Shown one piece after another: positions 24,688-36,826 of a stretch of DNA of 64,000 nucleotides. How positions within the stretch are numbered: the stretch's first letter is position 1; every line of letters starts with the position of its first letter. The stretch comes from Lingula anatina (lineage: Eukaryota; Animalia; Brachiopoda), in the NCBI GenBank assembly GCA_051362555.1, contig CM120642.1, positions 28,954,001 through 29,018,000 of the forward strand. The letters run 5' to 3'. Under the pieces are notes generated by a model. It searched no databases, was not told the DNA's origin, and saw nothing but the letters and a program-made list of their open reading frames with translations. Made by a program: the position numbers and the translations under genes.

Positions 24688-26806
24688 ACCAATCCGCTCA
24701 AAACTGTCCAGCACCAGGCGTTGTGTTCCTTAGTCCTCTTCAAGTCAACAATATGAACGCTTATCCTATCTTATTTGGGCAGGCAGTATAAAACTTTATC
24801 GGCATTTCATTAATTTGAATTTAATACAGGGAAATGTCAAAGCCTTTTTTAGCGAATACTTTTTTCTTTAGATGCTGGTGTCACGGTTAACGCCTCGTAA
24901 TTGCTAATTGATATGTAATCTTTTATCATTCTTTGACCTCTCACCTTAAAGGTCATTGTGGTGTCGTACTTTTTGTCCAGAAATTCACATATTTCGAAAT
25001 ATTTTGACGATGATGATGCCCCTGTTTCTTAACGTTCACACAGTTTTACTCATAGATATTGGATACATGTACATGCGTAGTATCGATAACAGGACGAATT
25101 TGAATGCATTTTTTTTTCTCAAAGCAAACATTTCGATACATCGAGATAAAAAGTTTTTAGGAAAAAATGCAGTCAGTTATTTTTTATTAATCTTTGTTAA
25201 AAGTACACTATACGCGTTTGAAACATTTGAAATTAAATAATTAAGTAGAAATGATATAAAACATTGAATTTAAGGGCAGGGAAGGATCAAGTTTTAATTT
25301 GTGGTAGAAGAATTTCTTAAAGGTGAAAATCGATTTGGCGCGAATATCTCTGATGAGATAACTTTGAGTTGAATATTACCGTGTGTATCTTTGTCCTGCT
25401 CAGACTGCTCAGAGTTGAAAAAAAGAAGAATTTGCGAGGAAAAAATAAAGCGTATGGTATAAAAAAACAGTTGATGAGAAAGTATATCTGAAATATAGAA
25501 ATTAAAGGATAAAAGAGCCATTCCAAAGTTAAAAACTGCTTTTTATCATAATGCGCCAAATCAGAATGAAATTAACACCGCGTAACAAAGGTTTTGATCT
25601 TTTTAACATGCAACAAGTTGTAGATTTTTTAAATCAGGACGCACAGCTCATTTTCGTGAAGCGTTTCAGTTGAAAGCAGTTTGTGGTTTTCTCAGCACGT
25701 TTGGTTCGTGCCGTGGTTTGACACAGGGTGGATTAGGTTGAACTACATATGATAACGAAGGCAGCTGGGTACTTGATTTATCTAGATACCTCGCTTGTCA
25801 AATTAATAAAAAAGTTAAAGTAAAACTGAAGTATGTCTTACTTTCTAAATAGTTAAGGCAGGCGTTCAAGAGGAAGATAATGTAACGATTTTATGAGACG
25901 AAATTATAGGGCGCCAACTCTGGAGTTAAGATTTTACGTGGACGTTAGCTAATGACACGGCTTAGTTATCAAAAATTGAAAGTGAATAATGATTATATTT
26001 ATCAATATGACTAACTTTGCACAGACCACGTTAAGGAAATTCTGAAAATGTAAACTGCACTGCATTATTAACTGACAGAAAAGGGGTTTGCACGTCGCTT
26101 TGTTTTCGGTAAAAGATGAAATATCGGGTGCTCACTAGGTGGTGGCGAGAGAAAAAAATTCAAGTAATAATGACACGAGCATAAATGTCGTCGACAAGGC
26201 ATATTTATTCACTGGCCTTAAAATAAGTTTGAAACATTTACAGTAATATTGACTAAGCGTAATGACTTTATCTCTACATTCGTGTACGCTGATGGCTGTA
26301 GATCTCCTCGTCATAGCTTCCAGTGTATTCTACAGCAGGTTAAATGTCTTTGTAAGATGGTTTTGTAGCAGCAATATGCTTTACTATATTCTACAGCATG
26401 TTCAACATTGAGGACTATTTCAAGGGTAGGGCATTATTGGTTAATGAGTTTGAAAAACAGTTAAACATTAAAGCGAAAGAGTTATAAAAAACGGCGATTT
26501 CACATCCTCAAAGTAGGCTCGTCAACAATGCCATAGGAATGTTAGTATCTCTTTGTAGGTGAAGATGCAGTCCTCTGTTATTCTTGTTCTACGTTCTGGG
26601 CGTGAAACAAATCCGTGATCTGCAAACAAAATGAAGTAAGTTGCATGAACGAGGAATTATATGATGCTCCAAGGAAATATATATATTTTTTTCGTAAAGA
26701 ACAGCGGCCGTGGTAAATAACTGTTTCAAATGTTACATAGGCTTACCACAATGAAACAAAGCAATGCTGATGGCGAAATAAATACTGACCTTTTGTAAGG
26801 ATCCGC

Positions 26807-27169
26807 CTACAGATAGAGAGCAGAGAAGTTAGGGTATCCGTAATTGTACGGCCCGTACCCAGGAATACCATATGCCGGGTATCCCACTCCAGGATAGGCT
26901 GTCCCGGGGTACACGTATCCCGTCACTGGGTATCCTGTCCCGGGGTATCCTGTCCCGGGATATCCCGTCCAGGGGTATCCCGTCCCGGGGTATCCTGTCC
27001 CAGGATATCCCGTCACTGGGAAACCATATTGTGAGTATATCGGCGGCTGCAAGCCATATGGGTCCCCGGGGTATGGCACGCCAGGCCCAGGGAGATGCAA
27101 GCAGAGTGCGAGATCTAGGCACGACAGAACTAATAGAACGGAGACATAAACCCTCAGCAAGTAAAGCAT
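26807..27169 (-). CDS. Cluster gene 4: secreted 120-aa protein with (YPGTG)n repeats
   Basis: Signal peptide MLYLLRVYVSVLLVLSCLDLALC; 15-bp coding repeats; TATAAAT at 27237-27231; gtcagt donor at 26789. Confidence 0.85.
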   Translation of the reverse strand: MLYLLRVYVSVLLVLSCLDLALCLHLPGPGVPYPGDPYGLQPPIYSQYGFPVTGYPGTGYPGTGYPWTGYPGTGYPGTGYPVTGYVYPGTAYPGVGYPAYGIPGYGPYNYGYPNFSALYL

Positions 27170-28020
27170 TTTGATTCGACAATTGCAACGGTACCTTAAG
27201 TACCACAAAGATTGAACGGGGTTCAGTTTAATTTATAGACTATTTTGGTGAAGGAGAGCCAGGGGCACCATGCAATTTATATATATATAGATATCGAGAA
27301 GGAAGTGAGTCACGCTTGATATCACATTTATAATATTATGCTTTCTAGTACACTAAGGCTCTGTTCTCACAACTTTTAGATCGATCTATCACCGCGGGGA
27401 GTCTCACTAGATTACTGTCAGATAATCCCCCTTAAGTGTCCGTCCCCGCCTACTACAAGCTTTAAGGGGTAATTAACTTTCGTGTCCGCCCGGCTGACAG
27501 CTATTTAGCGTGAACCCCCAGGGAGTTAGGTCGATCCAATGTAGGTCGATCTAATCTATGAGAATGGGGTGTAAGGCGTTGCTCCACTCACATCAGGCAG
27601 TTTTTAAGGCTAATTATAAGAAGCTGACACAAGGTCGCTGGACTAAAAGCGTTTGCTATGCTCATGTTAGTTATTATCAGATAAAATATAGTACAACACG
27701 ATATCGTTCACCGCATTTATTTCATTGTTTTAGAAAAACCTATATTTGTCTAGCATGATGTGTTAATAAAATTACAATCGATGAAGTCATGAATCATGAG
27801 AAAACGGCCGAACTATATTTAATATGTCAATGAAGATAATTTTTTGTTGAAAAGGACAAATTTATGCTCGCCACCTTCACCTTTGTCATATACTGATAAT
27901 AATAGTTCATGGCAGAATTCAAAATAGCTGTAATAAAGGTTCTCTTCAAACTATTGACAAGTTGGGAGATGAATGGACGGTTGATTATACGAGGCATGAC
28001 CAAACTCTTCCCTGGTAAAA

Positions 28021-28118
28021 ATGGCAAGATCTCATGGAGTAGGGGTCCTGGTGGCAGCCCTTGTGGTGCTACTGATGCTCCCTGGGGAAGACAGAATATG
28101 GAGGCACATATGGGTAGG

Positions 28119-28161
<43 letters not shown>

Positions 28162-28256
28162 GACGGTAGTCTGCGTATACTCCCGCTTTCATGGTTACAC
28201 CCAAGCCAGATCTGGACCCTATTTCTGTGGCAATGTACAGCATATGTACAGCAAAG

Positions 28257-28287
<31 letters not shown>

Positions 28288-28379
28288 ACCGGCCGCCGAT
28301 TTACAACAAGCCGCAATTTTACAGCCAACCGCCAGTGCTACATGTACCTACGAACCCGCCGATACCATATAAAGGGTAG
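28021..28379 (+). pseudogene. Cluster gene 5: frameshifted or mis-assembled secreted-protein gene ending IPYKG*
   Basis: Signal peptide MARSHGVGVLVAALVVLLMLP and family tail NRPPIYNKPQFYSQPPVLHVPTNPPIPYKG* lie in different frames, separated by (TA)n at 28121-28158 and poly(G) at 28256-28285; gtaagt donor at 28405. Confidence 0.6.
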
Positions 28380-29769
28380 ATAATTTATTGTGCACAATAA
28401 ATCTGTAAGTTGCGTTCAGAAAGTTCACGATGCTGAATTTAATTTAGCTATTTGCGTTTTTCTATAAGATGAATGCCTATTTTAAATGTCAACTGATAAA
28501 ACTACGAATTAGATAAAAAATTAATAAATCAGAGAAGAGAAGACTGTTTGAATAAATGAATGAAGCTTGAACACAATCTTAAATAATGATTTTCTCAGAC
28601 CTAAATCTTTATTTTCAAAATAGAAGGGCATTTGCTTTTGTATGAAGGCAAGATTTCCGATATTTGCGATAGATGCCTCCAACACAATGTTTTTTGACCG
28701 TGTTGTGCTTATTTTGTTGCAATATTTTGCATCGATGATTTATTACTGGTCGACGTTTCTCGAAAAAGAAGTACTAACCATTTAGATTTTTTATATTATT
28801 TGAATGATATAGAACAGTATATGCTTATTGTATTATTGCTTCACTTAAACACCACAAAAACTAAATTTGGACAGTCGAAAAAGATTTTTAGCAGAAATGT
28901 TTTAATAATGTCGAACATCAGGAGCATCACATTGAATCGGTTTTATCATTTCCCAGTTTTGATAAAAACATCGTTTGTTCTCTGCAACAATTAAATTGAC
29001 ATATACACGGAGTTCACTCAGCACAACGTTTGTGCATAGTATCCAGCCACTTGGTTTTTTACATATTTTAATGGGAAAAAAACCTAAATGAATATTTGAT
29101 GAATTGGAATAAAATTACAACATTTGTAGAAAAAATATTTACAATGTCGGGGATGATTAGGGCGGACATCTACGTAAACATATAGGTGGCTAAAAATTCA
29201 ATACATTGTGCGGACTAATGATCCTTTATTGAACGAGATGAACAAATAGTTGTGGTACATCTTATTTTTTGCCACTTGGTAGATTTCTTTTGTCCGTTAA
29301 GGACAATGTTTTTGTAATACAATCTATTTGATTATTGTTCCAAATTGTAACCCCGACCGCTTGTCCATAAATGATACGCAAGTCAATAATGCCAATGTTT
29401 TTTCGTGTAATGTGTCTTTCTCATCATGGCCGAAATTTGTACAGTGTATTGCTTTTGCGAAGCCGAAAATTCTAGCCTTTGAAATAGAACTTTAGAGAAG
29501 TCATCCGTAGAAGTCATCTGTAGTATAGTCGTTCTGGTCAAAGCCGCTGGTTTCTAGGTACCTAAAAGTATTAAAAAAAGATGTAAGTGCGTGAAACATC
29601 ACAAATAAAAAGTGCATTCTTAATTTGGGAAATGGCTATATTCTTAATGACTGATCTTAGTCTTAGTCGTATTGAAAGGTATTGGTATATTTGCATGCCA
29701 ACATAATCTGGCTATCGCTTCTCCTCCCTATAATTTAAACAGCAGTCAATAATTACCTTGGGACAAATT

Positions 29770-29988
29770 TTACCCAGAACTCCGAAGGTTTCGAAGGTAG
29801 ATGAAGAGCCTTACGAGAGAGCGTGGGTCGGTCCGTGCCTTGTTGTACAAGAAAATTCGAAGTAGATATCTCTGAAGCGGTGGGTCGTAGGTGTAGCCCA
29901 AGTAACCTTCTGATGACACAGGCGTTGTGACACAAAGCAGAAGCCATGCCATGGCCAACAGAGCGCACCACTTCTGAACGGCTGCCAT
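29770..29988 (-). CDS. Cluster gene 6: secreted 72-aa basic Leu/Arg/Tyr-rich peptide
   Basis: Signal peptide MAAVQKWCALLAMAWLLLCVTTPVSS; TATATAT at 30044-30038; donor caag|gtaatt at 29756 and a ttttag acceptor near 29562. Confidence 0.75.
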   Translation of the reverse strand: MAAVQKWCALLAMAWLLLCVTTPVSSEGYLGYTYDPPLQRYLLRIFLYNKARTDPRSLVRLFIYLRNLRSSG

Positions 29989-31599
29989 TACGACGCTGAG
30001 GCTTTTGAAACGGTGCAAATTTTGTGCAACGTTGTGAATATATAGGGCGGTAAGTTAATTCTATATCAACGATGAGAACAAAATCATGGTATTTTTCGAA
30101 GCTTATCAGTGCCACTTGGATGCCTCACGCAATATTAAATTTTGTGATGTCCAATTAAATCATACACAATGTCTAGACGGCAGTATTTTGGCACAGGAGG
30201 GTAATTTTGAAACTCTAAAGACAGGGGTCTGTTTTACATACAGGGGTCATGGTAACTTGGGAAAGTGCCATTATTATTTCGCAAGACGATAAACGTGCCC
30301 GTGAAGTTCAAAGTTGAGGGCGTTTTTGTTTTTTTTTTTTCCACTTCTACACCTTACAGATAATGGTTGTCAAGAACAAATTCTCACGTCAAGTGTAGTT
30401 GAAAAATAAAAGCAATTTATAGATTAGTAAAGATGCTGACACCGGAACTTGTGATCGAGTGACGTAATCACACCGTTTTATCGAAAAGGTTATACCTTAA
30501 CTAGCTCAGGAATGATTTTGAGAATGGACCTTTAAGTCCTGCCTATGCCATCTCTTATTACTTATTGCAGGACGGTCCATCAGTGAGACGGTAAAAAATG
30601 CACCTTTTATGATATCCCTTCCATTTTCTTCTTTCTTTCTTTCTTTCTTTTTTTTTTTTGTACGTATTTTCCAATTCTTTCAAATTTCCTTTATAAATGG
30701 TACCATGCATACCATGCTAAATTAACAAAGCGTCGAGACTGAAAGTACTAATGCATTGCTTTTACCTGCTATAATGTTTTCAAGTCAGCATTATTCTGAT
30801 TGTACTGCTCAGTTTTAGTTTATGAACTGCATAACAAAGACTAAAATTTGACTGAGAGAAAAAAATCTTTATTGAAAGACAGTCCAATGTAAAACGTGAC
30901 ATTTCAGCTGCACGCCAGTCCACAATAAACAACACAGCAGAAACCTTGAAGAGTCCATGTGCAATGTTTGCGTTTCTCCAAGCTTAGTTAGTTCATCTGA
31001 GACTGTACTGCACATTGGCAAGAGTTTTAACTTCCGTAGTCTATAGGAAATCCACTGTTTACAAATAAACAGGTTTTCTTGACTCAGTCTAGACGATATT
31101 GTTATGTTGTAGATGGCTCAACCGTTTCTCTGCGCATCGCCGTCTGGAACGAAAAACGTCGGTAAGATTATTCACCACAGACTGTGACGGCAAGTTGGCC
31201 AAGAAGATGCAGTGATAAATGATTACAATGAAAACTACAATTATAATAAAGGCAATAAAATAGTATAAGATTGGATTAACTGCTTTGTTATGTTGTCTCT
31301 TTTCGGATTTAAAACAGAAAAATTGTACTAAAATTGTAAACAATATTCATAATGAAGATTTTTGTCAGCAGCCGTTACGACCAATAAGGAAAATCAATTA
31401 CAATTAAAGGTCTCATTGTAGCACTACCCAGTACATCAGAGGTTCCTCGTAATAAGATATAATAAAAAATATTAATTGTCACATTACACTTAAGGAAACA
31501 CTCATATACCGTTTTCTATCGTAACAGATCACTGCCCAAACTCGTATGTAATAAATTTAATGATATCCAACACACTCACGTACCAGCCGTGGCTCGAGC

Positions 31600-31830
31600 T
31601 TAACCCTTGTAAGGGAATGGGTGTGGATAGTAAGGCCTCTTGTAGTAGGGTCTGTAAATTGGTCTGTAAATTGGCCTGTAGATTGGTCTGAAGTAATTCC
31701 CATGGTAGATACGACCACGTCCATTGTAGTTGTCATAATAGTAGCCCCTAATTCCCAGCTCCCCGGACACAGAGCACAGGAGCAGGGTGGTCAAGGCGAG
31801 GACAGCGAGCAGCTTCTGGAAACTAGCCAT
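31600..31830 (-). CDS. Cluster gene 7: secreted 76-aa Arg/Pro/Tyr-rich peptide, (RPIY)n, ending FPYKG*
   Basis: Signal peptide MASFQKLLAVLALTTLLLCSVSG; TATAAAAA at 31884-31877; gtgagt donor at 31579. Confidence 0.88.
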   Translation of the reverse strand: MASFQKLLAVLALTTLLLCSVSGELGIRGYYYDNYNGRGRIYHGNYFRPIYRPIYRPIYRPYYKRPYYPHPFPYKG

Positions 31831-32382
31831 CGTGGTGGAGATCTCTTAGATGGAGGTGTCAGGATTCTCTCTCCCGTTTTTATAGACTTGGCCAGCACCG
31901 CTAATCACGATGGTCCGCCGTCCTCACGGCAACAGTCTGGCGCAGAAAAAACATTTGTCATTTTTTGATGGGATGTAAGCGATATTTAATGGTAGGTTGT
32001 GTTTTAGATCGTTTCAGAAGTGCTTCATTACTTGTGTCACGAAAAGAATAATGATTATTCCAGAGAACTGGTATTGTGAGTGGATGTTCTGAGAATCACC
32101 ATTATTGAAGAGAGAGAGATTAAGAATTAAGTAATGGTATCATCTGAGAAATAGCAAAATAACCCTGTTGTGAATGGGACAAATGTGTCCATTTACTAGA
32201 AAACCATTACAAATGATCAGATTCAAAAACATTATAATTAAAGATAATAAGTGCTGTCCAATGGGGATCATCTGCTTTTGCTTTAATCGAGGCCATCTGT
32301 ACTACATGATGTCATACGTGACAGGGGCGTAAGGGGAGGACAGCTTCTGAACGACAGAGGTTGAAACTCAGACAGGTAAATG

Positions 32383-32542
32383 CCAGTGTGACAGGAATGA
32401 AAGTCCGCTAGAAACCATAGTCCGCTTCCTATCACTTAGTACAGGTGACATTCGTCCTATATACTAACCTCAATTCTCCAACTAACCCTAAACTGTACTA
32501 ATCATAAGGCAGCCGCCCAGACTTCCATTCCTGTAACACCGG
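32383..32542. mobile_element. Putative MITE (160 bp) with 23-bp terminal inverted repeats
   Basis: Left end ccagtgtgacaggaatgaaagtc versus right-end reverse complement ccggtgttacaggaatggaagtc (20/23 match); internal ctaaccctaa motif; no clear TSD. Confidence 0.6.
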
Positions 32543-35500
32543 GAATGTCTTTAAAAAACAATACAAGAGTCTGCCAGTATACTGTATGTACAAGGTGACG
32601 TCCAAAACATGGTGAAATCGTACTATTTTGCAGTCAATAGTAATTCAACAGAAACTACGAAAACACAAACAAAATGCGGAAACATTCGTTGTGCTTTGTA
32701 GTCTTATGAGATTCATTTTTTCCATCCAAAAGAAAACGAAGTAAAAGATGTTTAACTACCTGTATGTGCAGAAATTTTCAACTGCTCTTTGCTAACATAA
32801 TTTTTTTGTGTTTTCATGTCCACAGAAATAAATACAAAATCCTTTACAGTGTCCAGTGATAAAAAACATGCTGTCAGTTTTGATAAAATGATTCGTCTAG
32901 AGATTTTTAAATATTGAAATAGGTCAAAGGTGAGACTAATGAGACTTCGGGAATGTGGGTGGCCTTTAAACAACTGGGGCTCGAATGTAAAGAGAAAACT
33001 TCCCAAAAATTAAAGACATGGATAAATCGTCGCTTTCATCGTTGGGGCACCCGAACCACGGCACGTCTCATAATAATTACAAAGCCCCAGACATAAAAAG
33101 CTGACAATTCAATGTCAGAGGTCGTCATCAAGAAAAGTGTTAAGAGGTGTTTGATTATTGGTCATATTTCCACTTACTGTCATGTACAATGAATGGAACG
33201 TTTATATTTAGAATAATGATGACAATGTGACTCGAACCTCTCAGTCCTGTTGTGTGTATCTGATGGAGTAAATGTTACCTAATTGAAAAGTATCAGTTAA
33301 TGAATCACCCCATGGGTGTCACTAACACGCTCGGTAGGGAGGTTATCGGAACGGCCATCTGGCAACTAAGAAGTCAAGTAACCGCAGGTGCTGTGATAAC
33401 ACGTAATGTGTGGATGTGGCTGTCTCTCACGGTGCTGGGGACAAAAAGGTTGTTTCAGTTTACGTGTGCAGAAATAGTATCCGGGGGAAAAAAACTGATG
33501 TAGACTGTCTTCATTTCGTCAGTGAGATGAGAGATTTGGAACTTAAACTGGGTAACAATAAATTGATTCATGTAAAATGGTGCATTCAACTGTCTAAGTT
33601 GATATCTCATCTGAGTAATTATAGCGTAGGGCAGTTTTTGGCGTATTTCTCTAACCGCCGAGTGAGACGAGTGTTGAATATTTCGAGCCTGATCAGAAAG
33701 GCGCTCCACTATCTACGGCGTTGATTTTTGAGCATAACATTTTCTCTGGGTGTCACAGTACAGAAATGTGCAAGAATATCTAAAGAAACATTAATCTCAT
33801 TTCTGTGACCTTGTAGGGGGCAGGAGGGCCCACTTTCGGTCAAAACGTGCTGCCTACATGTACAAGGTCATGCATTCCCAAAATTTTAATATCGCATGTC
33901 CTATATACTTAACCCACAAAATATATATTGATGATTAGATTTATAGGTATAATAGATTTATAAGTATACTTAGCTTTGCTTTATTTCATGTGTGTGACAT
34001 CTTATTTTCATATTTTGCGATGTTATGATTTTTCCGATATGTAGTTTATATTCATATATTCATAAAGTAACAAAAACATTCAAACCAGCTGTTTTTATTC
34101 TTTTTATATATATTTATATATTTAATTCTACATAATTATTAAAATTGCTGGCGTTTACGCAGCCTTAAAGGGTACTTCGTTTTTTCGTACATATGATTTT
34201 TCAGAAATCTTTTTTACTATATTATGCGGTCCAAGCCAAGGCATTTCCCCTTTCTGTCTTTTCTGTCTCTTTTAGGGCCCTTGGTGCTTACAGGTATTAC
34301 TGAATAAAAATAACTTTGAAAATAAATAAATAATGAAAAAGGACAATTCTAACTAAATAAGTACATTTAAAGGGATATATTTTATAAATGTCAGTTCATA
34401 ATTTGAACAAATTTTATTTCTTTTCACAGGTAAAGAAGAAGAAGTAATTCTATAACATATATACATATTTAATGTTTTTTTCTTATGGGCATGCTTCTTT
34501 TGTCCTTTTTGCACATTTTCAATTTTTCTTTTTAAGTTTCATTTCCAACCGATTCTCTCAACCCGGTTATCCTGTCACTAATTTCCCCTTGACATTCTTG
34601 TTCTGTAGGTTTGTTATCTTAATCTTCCTCATTAATATCTTTTGAAAAATAAAGGTATTATACCGATAGCAAGATATGTCTGTGTGTGAGTGTGTGTGTG
34701 TGCGTGTGTGTGTGTGTGCGTGTGAGTGTGTGTGTGTGCGTGCTTATGTTTGCGATCTTTATACCTAAATGCACCGTTTACGCTGGTAGATCAAACGAAC
34801 AAACAAGTGTAAGACTGAGCCGTTGCATGGGATCGAACATGCATCTTCCCATACTAACCTTTTTGACTTGCAAGCTAACCACTATTACACACAAGAGACG
34901 ATCTGATCAAATTTGGTTTTTCCATCATATTTATAGCTCACTATGCAATGAATTGTATACTTGTAACATTTCAACATGTTATTGCATAATGCTAGGACTT
35001 CAAAATAGACGGCGTAGATTACTGTCATAGGTTGAGCAGGATTAAAAGTCTGGGAATGATGCAAGTCCTACCTATTATATCAGTAAAAATTATAATAGTG
35101 AGCCAGGAGCTAAGGTCCTACTAGAACTACTGTTCCTAGGTAATAAAGTATGGTCCGTAGGACTTGGTTAACTGTTCCGCCATTTCTACTGACATTTGCT
35201 CCTTTAATTAAATATCAAAGCCAACGGTAATTACATAAAATGTTTTAATTATTATTATATTTTGACAGAAATATTGTCGGTAGAAATGTAAAGCAGCTAC
35301 TTGAAACAAAATACTGAGCATTTCCCACATTTCTTCCCACATTAATCAGTATTATACATCTTAGCATTTGTACCAGCGAACCATTTAGATTTATCCTTGA
35401 TTACTATGGCTAAACCACAGACGATATCATATTTTTGATCACACGAGCATTTGTCCCTGCGTTTATAGTTGACTCAGATCGATATGTGCTTAGTGACAAC

Positions 35501-36826
35501 CAAAGTGTGTTAGTTGAGCTTCTTTATTGCAGTTGCTGTCCAGCATTTCTTCAGTCTCACGCAATGACCTCTGTCGCAATCAGGAGTCTCCTTATACAGG
35601 TGATAATTATTATATTATCGACATCAGTGTCGATACGTCATAGACAACATTGAAATAACCAATTATAACAGATTTGACAAGATACGTTATAATAAGCACG
35701 AGGCCTATCTTATATAATCTATAAAGAGATCTTTATAATAACGTATCTATTAATTTTAAAACAGAAACAGAAACAGAAATACTTTTATAGCTTTTTTTAA
35801 AAGCTTTAAACTTCAGATGAATGATCTTATATCAGGACAAAACCAAACACCTTTGTCAGAATTAACCTCATTATAAGAATAAGATTAAAAAAAACATAAT
35901 ACGAAATAAAATATTCCGACCTTGTACAGCAAAGGAATGAAAAAAAAAACAAAAACATGAGCACGACCAGAAAACAAAAGAATACATATCACATAAACGT
36001 TTATTGTTACCCAGTCCAAAAACTGCAAACAAAATGTGTTTATAATCTTGTCGAATGAAGCAAATGGCTCTTACTGCACTATACATATGTAGCATTTGAG
36101 AAATAGGCGCTAATGACCATAGCATCTGAATAATCGTTGTGAAGCAGAACGCGCAACTCGAAAATCAAACCACATGTATTCGTCAAAATAATAATAAATA
36201 TAATTATAGTTCAATGAACTGGTATATAAGACACTGAAAAAAATGAAAAGTGAGAGCAAAAAGCGAAAACAGATCACGGCATTTTAATGGAAGTCTTATT
36301 TTCATGACAACAACAATTTTTGGTGTGCCTCCATGCAAGCAGCATTATTTATCTATATGTATAATTGATACCCGGTAAGTGTATACATGTACTAATGAAA
36401 CGGGCCCTCTCTCGGTATTCAGTTCAAATATGAACTAGCGTCCGGGTAGGTTTTACTGGTTCTACTGGTGGAGCTTTTATAGAGAGTGGATGATGCATCA
36501 CAGATTAGTTAAAGCTTGAACGCGTCTTTGGTCCCTTGTGGTCAAACTGCAATGAAAACATTGTCTTTGTTACAATAGTACACATTGTGCTCTGAAAATT
36601 GAAGTTGATTCACATAGTCTTACTTAGTTTAAAGGTGACACAATATGGAGAGGATAGGTAATAAAGTTATTTTAAACAAAACAAACAGAAACGACCGTAA
36701 GGATTGATGTTCAGTATTATTATATCAGTCATAAAGGAATGACAAAAAATAAACGACAGTGACCAATAGTCAAATAAATGTGGAATTTAAAAAAATGTCT
36801 TCAGTAATGTCTACAGTACCTTAGAT

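Noticed and set aside
27375-27555. Possible 13-bp inverted repeats (ttagatcgatcta / taggtcgatctaa) between genes 4 and 5
   Set aside because: Short and self-palindromic, with no TSD or second copy; not enough to call a MITE.
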